Shown: positions 63,849 to 64,000 of the stretch, one piece after another
Position numbering within the stretch: position 1 is the stretch's first letter
How the letters are laid out: the number at the start of each line of letters is the position of its first letter
DNA from: a virus
Taxonomy: Duplodnaviria; Caudoviricetes
Strand: one strand, 5' to 3'
Virus record (IMG/VR): IMGVR_UViG_641509473_000001
Location: 20,202-84,201 of that record
Length of the DNA stretch: 64,000 nt
Notes under the pieces: model-generated
Told to the model about the DNA's origin: nothing
What the model saw: the letters and a program-made list of their open reading frames with translations, nothing else
Database searches by the model: none
Position numbers and translations under genes: made by a program

Positions 63849-64000
63849 GCCTATGGGGCAATACGATATTTGTAAACGCGGACCAAAATACCGAGGTAGA
63901 AATCATCGTCTTGACCCCCAACGGGGAGTGCAAGATAGCCGTCAAAAACCAGCAAGTGTACCTAGTGAAGCCAGAGGGCGAAGTGCCTATCTGTGAGTAA

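Overview
This is a 64-kb segment of a lytic, very-long-tailed Thermus siphovirus. I recognise the protein sequences and gene order as P23-45 or a very close P23-45/P74-26/G20c relative; this is from memory, not a database search, and gp numbers follow P23-45. Left arm (minus strand, 1-21.6 kb): the RNAP-binding antiterminator gp39, then a replication/recombination block (AEP primase, Hjc-like resolvase, SSB, DnaB helicase, annealing protein). Next come a vWA/MoxR-AAA pair, a single-chain two-barrel RNA polymerase (gp64, DYDGD) and an array of small, mostly leaderless early genes, each with its own TTATTC(C/T)TTT motif and terminator (includes gp76). An ~800-bp non-coding island in this arm carries two purine mirror repeats and a long stem-loop. 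Right arm (plus strand, 21.8-64 kb): terminases, portal, protease/scaffold, decoration and major capsid proteins, tail tube, a 5,002-aa tape-measure protein, tail-tip genes and a lysis cassette. The most striking feature is that the tape-measure protein contains a second two-barrel RNA polymerase catalytic core (GDGxxG, QVR, KG, RNP, DFDGD), paralogous to gp64, plus an M23 peptidase. This implies a virion-delivered RNAP, then a non-virion RNAP, then modified host RNAP acting in cascade. To my recollection this fusion has been published for P23-45, so it is striking but probably not new for this phage.
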